A stretch of 64,000 nucleotides of DNA. It comes from Lepidodermella squamata (lineage: Eukaryota > Animalia > Gastrotricha). Shown here in pieces: positions 51,022 through 63,480 of the stretch; position 1 is the first letter of the stretch, and each line of letters starts with the position of its first letter. A program made the position numbers and the translations under genes. The notes beneath the pieces were generated by a model. The model was given only the letters and a program-made list of their open reading frames with translations. It had not been told where the DNA came from and ran no database searches. The DNA is taken from the NCBI GenBank assembly GCA_047495785.1, contig JBLDXI010000015.1:806001-870000 (forward strand), in the 5' to 3' direction.

Positions 51022-52227
51022 TCACTCTCCCCAGCCCATACCGTGCTGAGCACGGAACGTGTGCATAAGGCGATTGTTGTTCATGCCAAGGCGCAATTGA
51101 CGACTCAAGTACCGTTTCTGGCGGCAGCGCTGATCAGCTTTAATCATCGGAGTCAGGGCCATCAACGTACCAGCCCGGTTACTCATCAACAGCTGCTTAG
51201 ACTGCTGATATTGAGTGACAACAGACAAAATAGTTCGACGTTTTTCTTCGGCCGAGGCGAATCCGAGTCTGGCAATATTCGCAGGGCAGTGGAAGCCCTG
51301 AGGAACAGCTCGTAAATGCTGTTTGAAATACCGTTGTAAATCACGATGGCCTGCAGTTTGGCCAGAGGGTAACATCAAGGTCCAGCCGTCTTCATCAAAC
51401 ACCGGACCAGCTGGTTTGTGATCTTTAAAATCGTAGTACTTGAAATGGCGAGGGACATCAGGCTCATCGTCTTCATACTCAGAATCTTCCTCCTCGAATT
51501 CGTGGCGTAATTTCGTATGGCCCTTGTCAATCATGTGACTCTGAGCGGCTCGAGTTGAAGCGAATCGCATTTTGCAGAACAAACACTCGCAGCGAATTGT
51601 CACTCGGCAAGCTAAATGGCATAGCAAGCTTTTCAAATCACGAATTAATTCCGGTTGAGGCAGGAAAAAGCTGTGTTCTCTAGCCAAATGCGCAACTAAT
51701 GATTCGATGGTTTGTGTGTTTTTGAAAGTAGCAGCCGCTGCTAGATTAGTAGGACGCGGCCAGCGGCAGAAGAAACACTTCGGCGTCCAGTGCTCAAGTT
51801 CGTCGTCAGTTGGATCTTCTTCGCTCAGTGTTTCCCACGAGGCGTTACTTGCAACTTCATCTTCATCGCCACTATCTTGCATTTCGATCTTCTCAACAAC
51901 CGGTTTCGGCGCAGGAACGACTTGATCAGCATTTTGTGCATGCTTCAGTGACTTCAAATGGTTCTCATAGGCATTTTTCGTACCGAATTGTTTACTGCAT
52001 GTTGCGCAGTTGTAAGTTTCCTGCTTGGCGACAGCTGCTTGCTTAGCAGCTCCGCTTGCAGCGGCTAGTTTTTCTTCAAACGCTTCACGAGGCACGCAGG
52101 GTAGCCCATTAATTTTACGACGCAAGTTGTAACGATGCCATTCTGATTTGTAATGTTCCTTCTGTTGATCAGGATCAAATTCGTTCGTGACTCCACATGA
52201 CAAACAACCGTAAAGATGGGAACTCAT
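51022..52227 (-). CDS. ZNF622: Zinc finger protein 622 / REI1-like cytoplasmic 60S maturation factor, intronless
   Basis: Motifs CLSC...QKEHYKSEWHRYNLRRK, YENHLKSLKH, HSFFLP, HMIDKGH and LPSGQTAGHRDLQRYFKQ. Confidence 0.92.
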   Translation of the reverse strand: MSSHLYGCLSCGVTNEFDPDQQKEHYKSEWHRYNLRRKINGLPCVPREAFEEKLAAASGAAKQAAVAKQETYNCATCSKQFGTKNAYENHLKSLKHAQNADQVVPAPKPVVEKIEMQDSGDEDEVASNASWETLSEEDPTDDELEHWTPKCFFCRWPRPTNLAAAATFKNTQTIESLVAHLAREHSFFLPQPELIRDLKSLLCHLACRVTIRCECLFCKMRFASTRAAQSHMIDKGHTKLRHEFEEEDSEYEDDEPDVPRHFKYYDFKDHKPAGPVFDEDGWTLMLPSGQTAGHRDLQRYFKQHLRAVPQGFHCPANIARLGFASAEEKRRTILSVVTQYQQSKQLLMSNRAGTLMALTPMIKADQRCRQKRYLSRQLRLGMNNNRLMHTFRAQHGMGWGE

Positions 52228-54520
52228 TCAACAGTTTCTAAATAATCAGCTAAAAAACTAGCATAGTAAGGAATAAATATAAGGAATAAATATACAGTAT
52301 ACGACGTCATCTCATCAGCTGTCATCCCTTGCAGTATGGAGTATGAAGCCAACTGCAGTAATTGGAAGGCAAGAAACGAAGGTGGCAGGAGTGAGGAGTG
52401 ATGGGCGAGATATAACATTATACGTAATAGCTCAGCGCTCAGCGACACCGCCGCCCGCAGCTTTAAGTATAAGGAGTCAATGAGCTATTTATGACCGGAG
52501 ATTGGAGTAAATCGAAGACACTCAGGGTTCAGAGGTCAAGTTGGAAACTCCCGTCAGCCAAAACCTGTCCAAAGACAACCCGAGGAGCTCTAGGAATCGC
52601 TGCTGCCGAAACTATTTCATTACAAAAAGTCAATAAAACCTTATAATTATCAGAAAAATATTACCTTTAGGAATAATTGATAATTTTGAGATTAAATCAC
52701 ACATCTTGCAGCCGCATGTTTTTTAAGTCCGATTTTTTTTAGCCCCTTGCCATCTAACCTCTCTCGCGATATGTATGCCAGTTTCAATGCGGTATTTGCG
52801 AGCAATTTTTTAATGACTACAGCAATTTTTGTTCTATAGTTCGAACTTGCATAGCGGGACTTTGCGCTTTGAACAATCTGGACGAATTCTTATAATGCTT
52901 CGGGTGGCTCTCGCGAGCTTCGTTCGGATGGTGTGCCGAAATCGAGGACTTCATATGTAAAAAAATTGCATTATATGGACTCAAAAAATCGGACTTTTCA
53001 TAATTCGGAAAACTTTGGACAGGTTATAAGGTTCTAAGCACAAAAGTTGGGCAAACATAATGCAAAAGCGAGCATCTTGCGGTTAATAAACTGATGGATA
53101 ATCGATCTCATTGGTCGGGTAGGTTACACATCCCCTCTTATTCAGCTATCATCATCAGGTTAACAAAACTTGAAGAATTAGACACTAAATAATGAATAAA
53201 AATCACTAGCATACATAAGGGACCCCAAGCACAACTCAGGCCGGACCAGTCCGGTTTAACATGGCACTAAGATATGGGGTAAAAATAAAAGAAAGCAGCT
53301 GTATAACGCGCCCTCAAAAACCTCCATAGAATAATAGGGCGGTGAGCGTTATGAGTGTGGTGAGTTAGCAAAACTTCAATGATCGGTGACACACATATGT
53401 TATTCATCAATTCTGCCACCACAAGCTAAAAATTACATGCGTCTATCGAAGCGATTGAAAAGGTGCGCTGCTTCTCTATGCTGTCAAAATCACAATCAGG
53501 CTTTTAAAGAGTAGAAAAAGCAAGTCTGTAGAATGAATTATTTATTGCTTTAGGCTACCTGCAGAAACTTGACACTTGAATACTTCAGAAAAAAATATAC
53601 CGAGTGATGAATAAGGGCATCAAAAAACGGTAAATGATGATGATGAAAGAAATGAGCGCAGATGGACGATCTTTCTCAGAAACTTCGGATTCTCATTGGT
53701 CTTTCTCCTCAGTTTATCCCGGTACTTGACCCTTGACCCGGTTCTTAATATCTGAAGTTTACCCTTCATTATTGTGAAAGGACAGGGCGCGAGGCGGCGA
53801 CCTAATTACATATTTCAGCATAATTTAGTCTTGCATTTAAGAACACAACGCCGGTACTTTGAAGCCCATTAGGCTAGCAACTGCCGTGTCCGACTTTACA
53901 GTACAATATAGCTCCCATGGAGACATCGATGGTGGCAGACAAATTGATGGCGCACATAGTCAGTTACAAAACAAGACATAATCTAGGGACAGGTCCCTAT
54001 ATGAGAAGCGAGCTGTAGTTTCGCGCGCAGTATATTCCGCTTGTGTCTCGAGGGGTTCAATTCCAGAAATACCGTGGTTAAAAAATTGTGCTTTTGAGCT
54101 CTTTATATCGTCGACATTAGAGTAGTATATTGATTCGTAATTCATCCGTTTGTTTCACATATTTCTCCTCATTATTGAAGGCATAGGTCAACATTCTATT
54201 TCGACTGGTTCTATGTTGCGCCATCTATGTTACGTCATACATTAGCCGCATTTCCATTTCATTATTGCGATGCACCATGTTGCGGTGGTTTTCATTGCGA
54301 CTCTGTTACATTGCGACTATATTACACCTAGTTGCTCGAGAAGATCTTCACCGTAGTAAGATATTGGCTTATATCTAGCAAGAGCTTCTTAGAGCAAGAT
54401 GCCTGAGAGTAGAACAGCACTACCCAAAATCAGAGATCCCTCATTTGTGGCTCCAAGGCTTTCAGTCCAGTGTCTAGCCATGGTAGATACACATCTCTCC
54501 GACCGATTTCTACTCCTCCG

Positions 54521-55118
54521 CCGAGGGGGGTGAAAGGCGTGAGGGCCCGGGCGGGCCCCCACGCCTACCACTAATTTCACGAATCGCCTCTTTTATCTGC
54601 GGCTCGGCGCTTACTGATACGTTATAGTCAAGGTCCAACTTCAGCCAATCAAAAAAACCGTGCCAATATTTTTAGGAAGAAAGTGAATAGTGAATTCATC
54701 GGAAAATAAATCGATATCATCCACATTTTCAGGTGATAATATCTAAAAACAGACAATTCAAGGTTAATTCCTGACAAATAAAATCAACAGAACAGTGTAT
54801 AAATTCGTGCAGATTTTGAATTATTCCGGATATCTCTATCCATGGGGATTCCGGATGACGTCACTCACCAACCCGACCCAATTATTCATTCGTCATATCT
54901 TGCGACATCAATAATTTGTTCTTACTGGGGGGGCTGTGCCCCCCCAACCCCCCCTATTATCTTCTCTTCCGACACCTTTCCTTTCTTCTGACTGGGGGGG
55001 CTGTGCCCCCCCAACCCCCCCTTTTCTCATCTCTTGCGACCAATTTCTATTCCTCAGCCGAGGGGGGTGGAAGGCGTGGTGGAGTGGGCTGCGCCCCCTC
55101 CCCCACGCCTACCACTAA
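54521..55118. repeat. GC-rich hairpin repeats, possibly ends of a non-autonomous Helitron-like element
   Basis: Two copies of ccgagggggg..aggcgtg...cacgcctaccactaa (54521-54574, 55058-55118), each a hairpin followed by CTAA, and two copies of ctgggggggctgtgccccccaacccccc. Confidence 0.4.
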
Positions 55119-55686
55119 CTTATCTGCGTAACTTACATCATGCTTTATCTGCGGTTCCAATCATCCTAACAGTTCCTGCATGTGTTTTTCAAGGTGGCGT
55201 CGTGTAAGCTGCATTTTATGTAGCTTATTATGACCACACAGTGACCAGAAAATCGTGACGGAACAATTGGGTTCAAGGGCTAAATGTGCCTTGTCCGTGT
55301 GAATTCCTTGTCATCAATGATGTGATCCGTGATCAACTATTCCTTGGAGTAACAGTTTTCCTATATGACGTCGATCTTTGATCACCGCCTTAGCGCGTAA
55401 ATTCAAATTCAAAACGTGTTCTTCACATTAATAAAAAATTGTCTTCGTTTTAAATTTTAAATTTTAAATAGTTAATTATTTCAATAACATTTTTTTAGTT
55501 TGAAGATCGTTCTCAGACGCCCCCTACTCATCCTCTTCCCTCCTCCCCCCCCCCCCCCCCCCCCCCAGAGAGAAGAAAGAAGGAAGCTCGCTACGCTCGC
55601 TTCTCAATAAATGATTCTAACCACAGTACTTCCGCTATTCGATAATTTTATCCTAGATAAAGGTTGCAATTGCATTTGTCTTAGAA

Positions 55687-56942
55687 ATGAACGTAATATT
55701 TTACTTATGGCTCTTTATCTGCACCGCTGTGTTTCCAGAAACTAAGCAACATGAGGAAGATGGCTCTTGGTTCATTTCGAAGTCGGAACCTATAATGCGA
55801 ACTGATGACTTGGCGGATTATTTCGCTAAAAAATGCCCGATTTCCTTATCAAAAAACCTACCTATTGAGATTGCAATGCGAACGAACTTCACATCATCAG
55901 TAGATCTCGATTTTTCGTTTTCGCTTCTGAGATTCGACGGCATTGACGACATAGAGAAAAGCATGTCAGTCTTCGCTGAAGTAACTATCAACTGGTTGAT
56001 TCCATGTGAAACTGGAGCAATGAAGGGTTTTGCTAATGGGTCTTTCGAACACAACCCCGAAACCATATTTTACTGGAAAAGTTTGAGTGATATGTGGTAC
56101 CCACGAATGACGCATATCAACGCTCTACTCGATGCGCATCCCTTCGAAAAGTAAGCAAATGAGTACGCCAACTCCGGCTAAAAGGATAAACCGGATTTTT
56201 TTTCAGATTGATCGAACGAGTTATGGTTTTCCCTCTAGCGGAGGATCCTTCGGGTAGATTTGAGCTTAGAGGCCGATTCATTTCTTCCTGCGATGATTTC
56301 AGCTTCCGGAAATTTCCTTTCGATGTTCTCAATTGCTCATTAACTTTTGAACTTTTCAGCCAGCATTCCGTTCTAAAAATAGATGAAAATACAGTCAAGT
56401 TCATTGTTGACCCTTCATCAAAGTTCACTGACGAATCTGATGTCTGGGAGTTTTCGCCACCTCTTACATGGCAAATCCAGGTGAATTCACGATCAACCGG
56501 TGACCATGACGCCATAAGTTTGTCTATCAAATATCGGCGGAAATCGGCCTATTTTGCTGGGACGATTTTCCTTCCGATGATCACGCTTTTCGCACTACAA
56601 CTTGCAGCTTTGTTAATGGACCCGGCTGTTCCAGACCGGCCGATGTTCTGCATAACTGTTGTCCTTTCAATGGCTGTCATTCAATCTCTTGTCCAGTCAA
56701 ACCTGCCTCAAACAGCTGAAAATGTCTTGGTTGTGGATATAATTATGGCTAAATTAGCACTAAGCGCTATTATCACGATCTACACGCTTGTTGTTGGCTT
56801 CATTGCGGAGTCGAGTCTCAAAGAAAAACAAGTCGGTAAATTTAGCTTGGTAAGAGGTAAGAGCGATCTGGCAATGTTCGGTCTCGCTATGGCTGTGATA
56901 ATATTGATGTATATCATCTGCCTTTCAATGATGTTATCTTGA
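55687..56942 (+). CDS. Divergent Cys-loop pentameric ligand-gated ion channel subunit, paralog 1, 2 exons
   Basis: Exons 55687-56150 and 56207-56942. Signal peptide, 'MWYP', Cys-loop CDDFSFRKFPFDVLNC, pre-M1 'YRRKSAYF', four TM segments and M2-M3 'LPQTAE'. Confidence 0.85.
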
Positions 56943-57408
56943 AACCAGTTGTGAAACGATATCAGTAAAATATTTAACACAATTAACTCGTATTCCATCA
57001 ACTTGGTGCTTTTTGAAATATAAAAGCTGAACTGAATTCGACAAATTTATTAGAATCTGACATCTGTGCACGCCTCGTACAATATGAGACCAGATTCATT
57101 GGCTCTTCGATTCAGTGTAGTCCGTGCATTTTTACGTCGATTCTTCGAGGTGTTAATTCCGATGACGCATTTCGTCTCTAGGTCATCAAGAAACACCAAA
57201 CTAGTAAACACTCCGTCTATCATACGCATCGACAGGCTCCCAAGGTTACAGCGGTAATACGTGAGAGTGTGAATGCCTAAAAAGCATTAGAAAAAATCAA
57301 TGATCACAGACCGAAATACTTGCCCACGGCTACCACCGCTTATGCCAGAGTGATTTGACACAATGCATTTTTTGATCTCCATCAGGACGCTGTGAATTCG
57401 CAGGCACC

Positions 57409-58645
57409 ATGCAATTCATCCTATTTCTTGCGTTATCTCTATCAGCAGCCAATGGGCAGCACGAGGAAGGAGGCAATTGGCTCGTGTCTAAGTCAGATCC
57501 AGTTATGCAAACTGACGAATTGGCTAATTATTTCGCAAAGAAATGTCCCATGTCCCTATCGAAGAACCTACCAAATGAAATAGCTATGCGAACTAATTTC
57601 ACATCGGCTGTCGACCTTGATTTCTCATTTTCTCTGTTACGATTCGATGGAATCGACGACATAGAGAAGAGCATGTCTGTATTTGCAGAGGTAGCGATAA
57701 ATTGGTTGATACCCTGCGAAACAGGAGCTATGAAGGACTTCGTGAGCGGGATACCAAAAGATAAAAAAGATGGCATTTTTTTCTGGAAGAATCTAAGCGA
57801 AATGTGGTACCCAAGGATGACCCATGTCAATGCATTATTGGACGCGCATCCTTTTGAAAAGTTGGTACTTTGAATCCTTGAATTGTTAGAAAATGTTATT
57901 TTTTCTCCGCAGACTAATGGAGCGGGTTATGGTTTTTCCTCTCTTGGACGATCCATCAGGTAGATTCGAGCTGCGAGGTAGATTTGTGTCATCTTGCGAC
58001 GACTTCAGTTTCCGAAAATTCCCCTTCGACGTGTTAAACTGCTCTTTGATATTCGAGCTATTCAGTCTCCATTCTGTGCTTCGTATCGACACGGAAAACG
58101 CTCGATTCCTTATCGATCCATCATCGCAATTTACGGACGACTCGGATGTCTGGCAGTTCATACCACCCCTGGGGCAGCAAGTGTTGATAAATTCGCGGTC
58201 AACCGGTGATCACGATGCTATAAGCTTGTCGATTAAATATAAACGAAAATCGGGCTATTTTGCTGGAACAATTTTTCTGCCCATGATAACGCTTTTCGCT
58301 CTTCAATTGGCTGCCCTATTGATGGATCCTGGGGTTCCAGATCGGCCAATGTTTTGTATTACGGTTGTTCTATCCTTTGCCGTCATTCAATCACTCGTTC
58401 AATCGAGTCTCCCTGAAACGGCAGAGAATGTGCTTGTAGTCGACCTAATCCAGGCAAAGCTGGCAATAAGCGCACTGCTGACATTTTACGCCCTTGTTAC
58501 CGGTTTTATCGCCGAGTCTAGCTATGGGGAAAAGAAAATCGGAAAGTTCAGTTTAGTTCGGGCCATGGATCTGATTACCTTCGGTCTCGTGATGTTCGTC
58601 ATCATTTTGCTCTACATTATTTGCCTTTCAATGATGATGTCCTGA
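57409..58645 (+). CDS. Divergent Cys-loop pentameric ligand-gated ion channel subunit, paralog 2, 2 exons
   Basis: Exons 57409-57860 and 57913-58645. Tandem paralog with the same intron position and Cys-loop sequence. Confidence 0.85.
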
Positions 58646-59358
58646 ACGGCTGGCCCTTTTGAAGCTGCCGCTGAAAAAACAGTAGTCAAATCAACCATTT
58701 ACCTGTGATACCCAAAAGCTATTGTGGTACCCATAGAAACCCCGTTTGCTGAATAATGAATTGTAGAAAAGTAACTAAAGTAAAGAAATTTTTCAGTAGA
58801 AGGTGACTAATTTAAATATGATTCCATTGCCGGAAGTTGCAAGACTAATGCTGCAGTAATTTCAGGCGTCATAGATAAAGGTTAACCTCCATCTATGTCA
58901 GGCGTAGTCTTTGGGGACGACTGCACTAGAATTTTTTAGCGGTTAACCTCTTCAGAATCAAATGCACCAGATGTAATTTGCTTTCAAATCGAAACCTAAA
59001 CTTAGCCTCGCGGGTGACTTTTGCCCCGCTGACCAGCCATGAGAAAGCGAGAAGCTTAGTACATTCAAGGCGATTTCAGACGAAGTAACGATTACCAGGC
59101 TCATCTGCCAAATTGCCAAGCAAAAGAAAATGGCTGATATTGACGTAGAATGGAAATTTTGGCTACGTTTGACCTTGAAACAGGACGAGCAGATCTACAC
59201 TCCTAGATGACTGCTAACAAAATGAAACCCAAAATGCATTGCCGAGATTTATTGTCAAATTATAACAGCTGAAATCATGATGCAAAACTGGGTAAAAGTA
59301 GCAAAATTAGTAGAAAAAACATTGTCATATCAGTTTCTTGGAGAGTTGAGAACATTTT

Positions 59359-61077
59359 TCAGTCGACCTCTTCGATTTTCGGACCCTCGCCACGGCCTGG
59401 CATCGGACCACCTCTCGGCGACGAAGGTCCGCGAGCGCCACCCGCGCCTCCACCTCCATGCTGCTTCGTCATAAACGGACTGCAAGTGCGGTTCAACTCC
59501 TGCATTTTATAGTCCAACTCTTCCTTATCTGCCAAAGCATTACGGTCCAGCCAATCGATGATCTCCTGGCACTTGGAAACCACAATCTGCTTGTCGCCAG
59601 CCGATAGTTTATCCAGTGTTTTTTTTAAGGTGTGTAAGTGTGTAAATTTTACACACCAAAGCGGGCAAATTTACACACCAAAATTTTGGAAATTTTCAAT
59701 TTTTGCATTTACTCACCCCCCAAAATGGCTCAAAATTACACACCCATAGTACCTAACTTACACACCAAAGCCGTCCTTAAAAAAAACACTGGTTTATCAT
59801 CGCCAGCCTCTTGAGCCGCTTGCTTGTACGAGTAGACCAAGTTTTCCAGCTGATTCTTCGCCGAAACTCGTTCTCGCTGTTTCGCATCTTCAGACGAAAA
59901 CTTCTCCGCATCGGCAACCATCCGTTCGACTTCATCCTTCGACAAACGGCCTTTTTCGTTCGTAATCGTGATTTTGCTCGATTTCCCGGTCGATTTGTCG
60001 CTGGCGGCTACGTTGAGAATGCCGTTAGCGTCAATGTCGAAGGTAACTTCGATCTGGGGCACGCCACGCGGGGCTGGCGGAATGCTGCGCAGGTCGAAGG
60101 TTCCAAGCAAATGGTTGTCCTTTGTCATCGCTCTTCCCTTAAAATCAAATAACACTCTTTATATCTTCTCAGTCTTTTATTAATTTTGTAACAGTTGGTC
60201 TTTCAACTGCTGGTAAAACGGAAGGGAAAGGGAAACTACCAATAAACTCTCATTCGCTTAATAATCATGTAAAAGTTAGTCTTTCAAATGCTGGTGAAGG
60301 ATGGGAAAGGCAAATTACCAATAACCGTTGAGTGCGGCCTTGAAAATACCATCAAGGACAAAAAAATTGAAACGGCCATAACTCACCCAAAAAAATCAGA
60401 GATGAAAGATTTTTCGATTTTCGAGATATACCCTAAATCAGTACTTTCCATTGATATAATGTTTGGGCCGATCAGATTATTTTTATTTTTATCGATCGGA
60501 TATCTATAATCTATAATCCATAATCCATAATATTGCGATTTTTCGTTGATTTCAGTGAAAAAAGGTGATTTTTATGCGAACTCAAAAATCACCATGAAAT
60601 TGCACCAATCATCACCTGAATCAAAGAAATCAATCACCGATAATCGATTATCGATAAACATTCAAAGTGATATGACCGAGAGTGAACATTTCTGGGAAGT
60701 TAGGCCTTAGGTATAACTTAAAATCGTAAAATCGTATCGTAAAATGCCGATAATTGCTGAACACTTTCGGGTTTTTTTCGAGAAATGGCATTGTCAAATT
60801 TTTGGCAACAAATGGAACTGGAGAACATCAACATTGGGAAAATGCGAAAAAATAGAAACTTCAAAATATAGACGAGTGTAAAGAATAGGATAAGGCCTAT
60901 TTCAAGGCTACCTTCGTAAACGCTGATAGTGACCGCCGGCTGGTTGTCCGAGTATGTCGTGAAAGTCTGCGATGTTTTCGTCGGAATGCGGGTGTTGCGT
61001 TCGATCAGCTTCGTCATCACGCCGCCGGCTGTTTCAATGCCCATACTCAACGGCGCCACGCCGACTAGCAGCACATC
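59359..61077 (-). pseudogene. HSP70: Cytosolic HSP70, 3' half only, disrupted
   Basis: '[22 protein letters not shown]', '[25 protein letters not shown]' and C-terminal EEVD. The ATPase domain is missing and a MITE sits in the coding region. DVAPL reads GVAPL, and the 60912/60137 splice appears out of frame. Confidence 0.8.
59614..59791. mobile_element. 178-bp MITE inserted in HSP70 coding sequence
   Basis: Perfect 17-bp TIRs CAGTGTTTTTTTTAAGG / CCTTAAAAAAAACACTG. TSD GTTTATC at 59607-59613 and 59792-59798. Internal TTACACACC repeats. Confidence 0.9.
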
Positions 61078-61710
61078 GGGCATCGAAACAGCGGGTGGCG
61101 TGATGACGAAGCTGATCGAACGCAACACCCGCATTCCGACGAAAACATCGCAGACTTTCACGACATACTAACCAGCCATAACCAGCCAGCTGCCACTATT
61201 AGCGTTTACGAAGGTAACATTGAATTCGTTCTAACTTCCTAGCTAACCTAGAGACTAAACTTCCCAGCATTTTTTCCTCTCGCACTAAAATATCCCTAGA
61301 AACAGTCATAGACCATAGCATTTTGGAAGGTTATTGATTCTCGATTATCGATTTTCGATTATCGGTGATTGATTTCTTTTACTGGTGATGATTGGTCCGG
61401 TGACCTGGTCCTTCTTGAGTTCAACGCATAATAATCATTGAAATCAGCAAAAAATCGCAATCATTATCGATTATCGATTATCGATCGATATCCGATCGAT
61501 AAATATCAAAATCATCCGATTGGTACACAAATTATATCGATGAAAAGCACTATCGAGAATCAAAAAATCTGTTATCTCGGATATTTTTTGGAGTGAGTTT
61601 GGCCGTTTCAATTTGTTCGTCCGAGATGTCATTTTCGAGGCCGCACCCAAAGGTTATTGGTAATTTCCCTTTCCCCGTTACCAGCACTTTAAAGACCAAC
61701 TTTTACATAG
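61078..61710 (+). pseudogene. HSP70: Inverted partial HSP70 copy (one exon fragment plus intron)
   Basis: GIETAGG...TFTTY followed by TAA and a small insertion, then NQPAATISVYEG and a GT donor. 61330-61710 is a diverged inverted copy of intron sequence at ~60265-60660. Confidence 0.8.
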
Positions 61711-62344
61711 TTAGTAAAAGAATGACAAAAAAATTAACGCAACGCAACGCGTATTTGATGACTATCTAACTTTTCAATTTGAATCGAAAAACACCGGCTA
61801 CAAGCAGTTAAAATATTAATTTAAAAGAAATGATGCGATTGATTTTTCTCGAAAAACACGCTTTTTATGAAAAATTATTCAAAATTCAAAATTATTTTAA
61901 ACAACTAGAAATTGCGGCCTAAAATAGCCGCGCGTCGTCATGTTGAACAATTTTGGGACAATATTTCTGCCTAATTTTTAATTCAACTTGAAATACCACT
62001 GAAAAAGCGAAAAACGAAAATTTCGCCTTGGAGGAATGGAGGAATAGAGGAAGTTTATTTCACGCACTTAGAGCCCCGTTATTTTGAATTTGGACTTGTA
62101 CATTGAGATTTTACCGTGCGCGCGAGGAAGGCTGCAAGTATTTGTTGCGCAATAAATGCGAGTGAGGTGCATTTACGTGTAAAACGCGCCAACCAATAGG
62201 AGAGCGCGCGCGGAGGAAACACCGGCGGGCCCGAAAATGTGCGATTTTTTAATGGTTAAGCTAGTAAGCAGTTTCGTCTGAATTGAGCTGAAAACGCGGG
62301 CTGCACTCAATAATGGATAACATTTTTGCTAAAACTCATCGCTC

Positions 62345-62460
62345 ACTACTCTTCCCGAAGATGTGGACTGAAAAAACCGAGTTTCGGTATACACACGAAA
62401 GGCTTCGATGTCGTTAAACAAGTCCTATTCGACCCCATGCACTTGCTCTTCGAGGGCAAT
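62345..62460 (+). mobile_element. Probable CACTA/EnSpm (CMC)-like transposase fragment
   Basis: 'GFDVVKQVLFDPMHLLFEG' resembles the D-x-M-H-x-x-x-E-G motif of EnSpm-type transposases; no flanking ORF or TIR is visible. Confidence 0.45.
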
Positions 62461-63409
62461 TTGCAGACCGAGAGAATTCTTCTCTCGTTTCGACTTTTCC
62501 CCAGCAAATCACCAACCCGTATTTCTAAATCTTCGACACAAGAGCAATGATGTTATCTCGAGTTGAAACGAAGTACCGATCTAACTTGAACGAAGTACCG
62601 GGTATCTCGCTTGTAGCAAGCCTGGAATCTCGCCCTTCATGCCTAAACAGTCGATGCCTAATTTGTGAGTGGTAGCCGTAGCTAATGGCAGACAAAGTTC
62701 CAACTTCTGATTCTGAAAAGCAACAGTCTTTGTACCAGAGCGTCTTTTTCGGCGAAACAGGCTATATCGAAGTCGCAGTTTTCAACAATTCTTCGCGCTT
62801 CGATCAACTCAAGACCAAATTGTTCACATTCCCGTTTTCGAAAATACTCATGTTATTTTTCGAACTTCAGCCTGGCCAATCTATATTTTGCTAATTTTAC
62901 TGTACCGAGTTATCGGTTCCAAGTATCGATGTTACAAATCAGTGATTTTTCCTGATAACTAAAGTCTAAAACGCCGTTATTTAATCTATTTCTACCTATT
63001 TAATAGCACCAGGTAGCTAAAATACAAATTCCAGGTTCAAAATATCGATCCACAAGTTAGCATGTCGTAGTTTTATTTATATCGATTGCCGGCCGGCGCT
63101 ATAGGCACATATGAATGACATCGGAGCATGAAAATATATTGCCCCCATGCTATCTAGGGCTCGTAGCATTTATAAATTGAACATTATCATAGGCAGTTCA
63201 TAATTTCGAGTTTTATGTTATTATTTTATTTTTGTATTTTAGTTTTTGTCGATTTTTGTTGGCTTTTTGTGCGTTTTTGTAGAAAGGTAGAAAAGTCGAT
63301 CGAGGGTTCGGGCTCGTTGCGCAAATTGAGTAGGGCTGAAAATTATCGAAGGTGGTTAACGGCAATAATTAAGGGCTTACAGGCAGGGCTATTCCAGCTC
63401 ATCAGACAC

Positions 63410-63480
63410 GGCTCAGGTTCCGAAAGGCTCAAGGCTCAAGGTCAGGCTCATGACGACTCAGGCTCAGGCTCAGGGCTCTG
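63410..63480. repeat. Degenerate (GGCTCA)n repeat
   Basis: Multiple ggctca / ggctcaa units. Confidence 0.6.

Noticed and set aside
52224-52448. 74-aa ORF overlapping the ZNF622 start
   Set aside because: Non-ATG start, no recognisable motif, and it lies in the probable 5' UTR or promoter.
59614-59791. MITE acting as a spliceable Introner
   Set aside because: A GT lies near the 5' end on the minus strand, but there is no AG acceptor at the far end that would restore the HSP70 frame.
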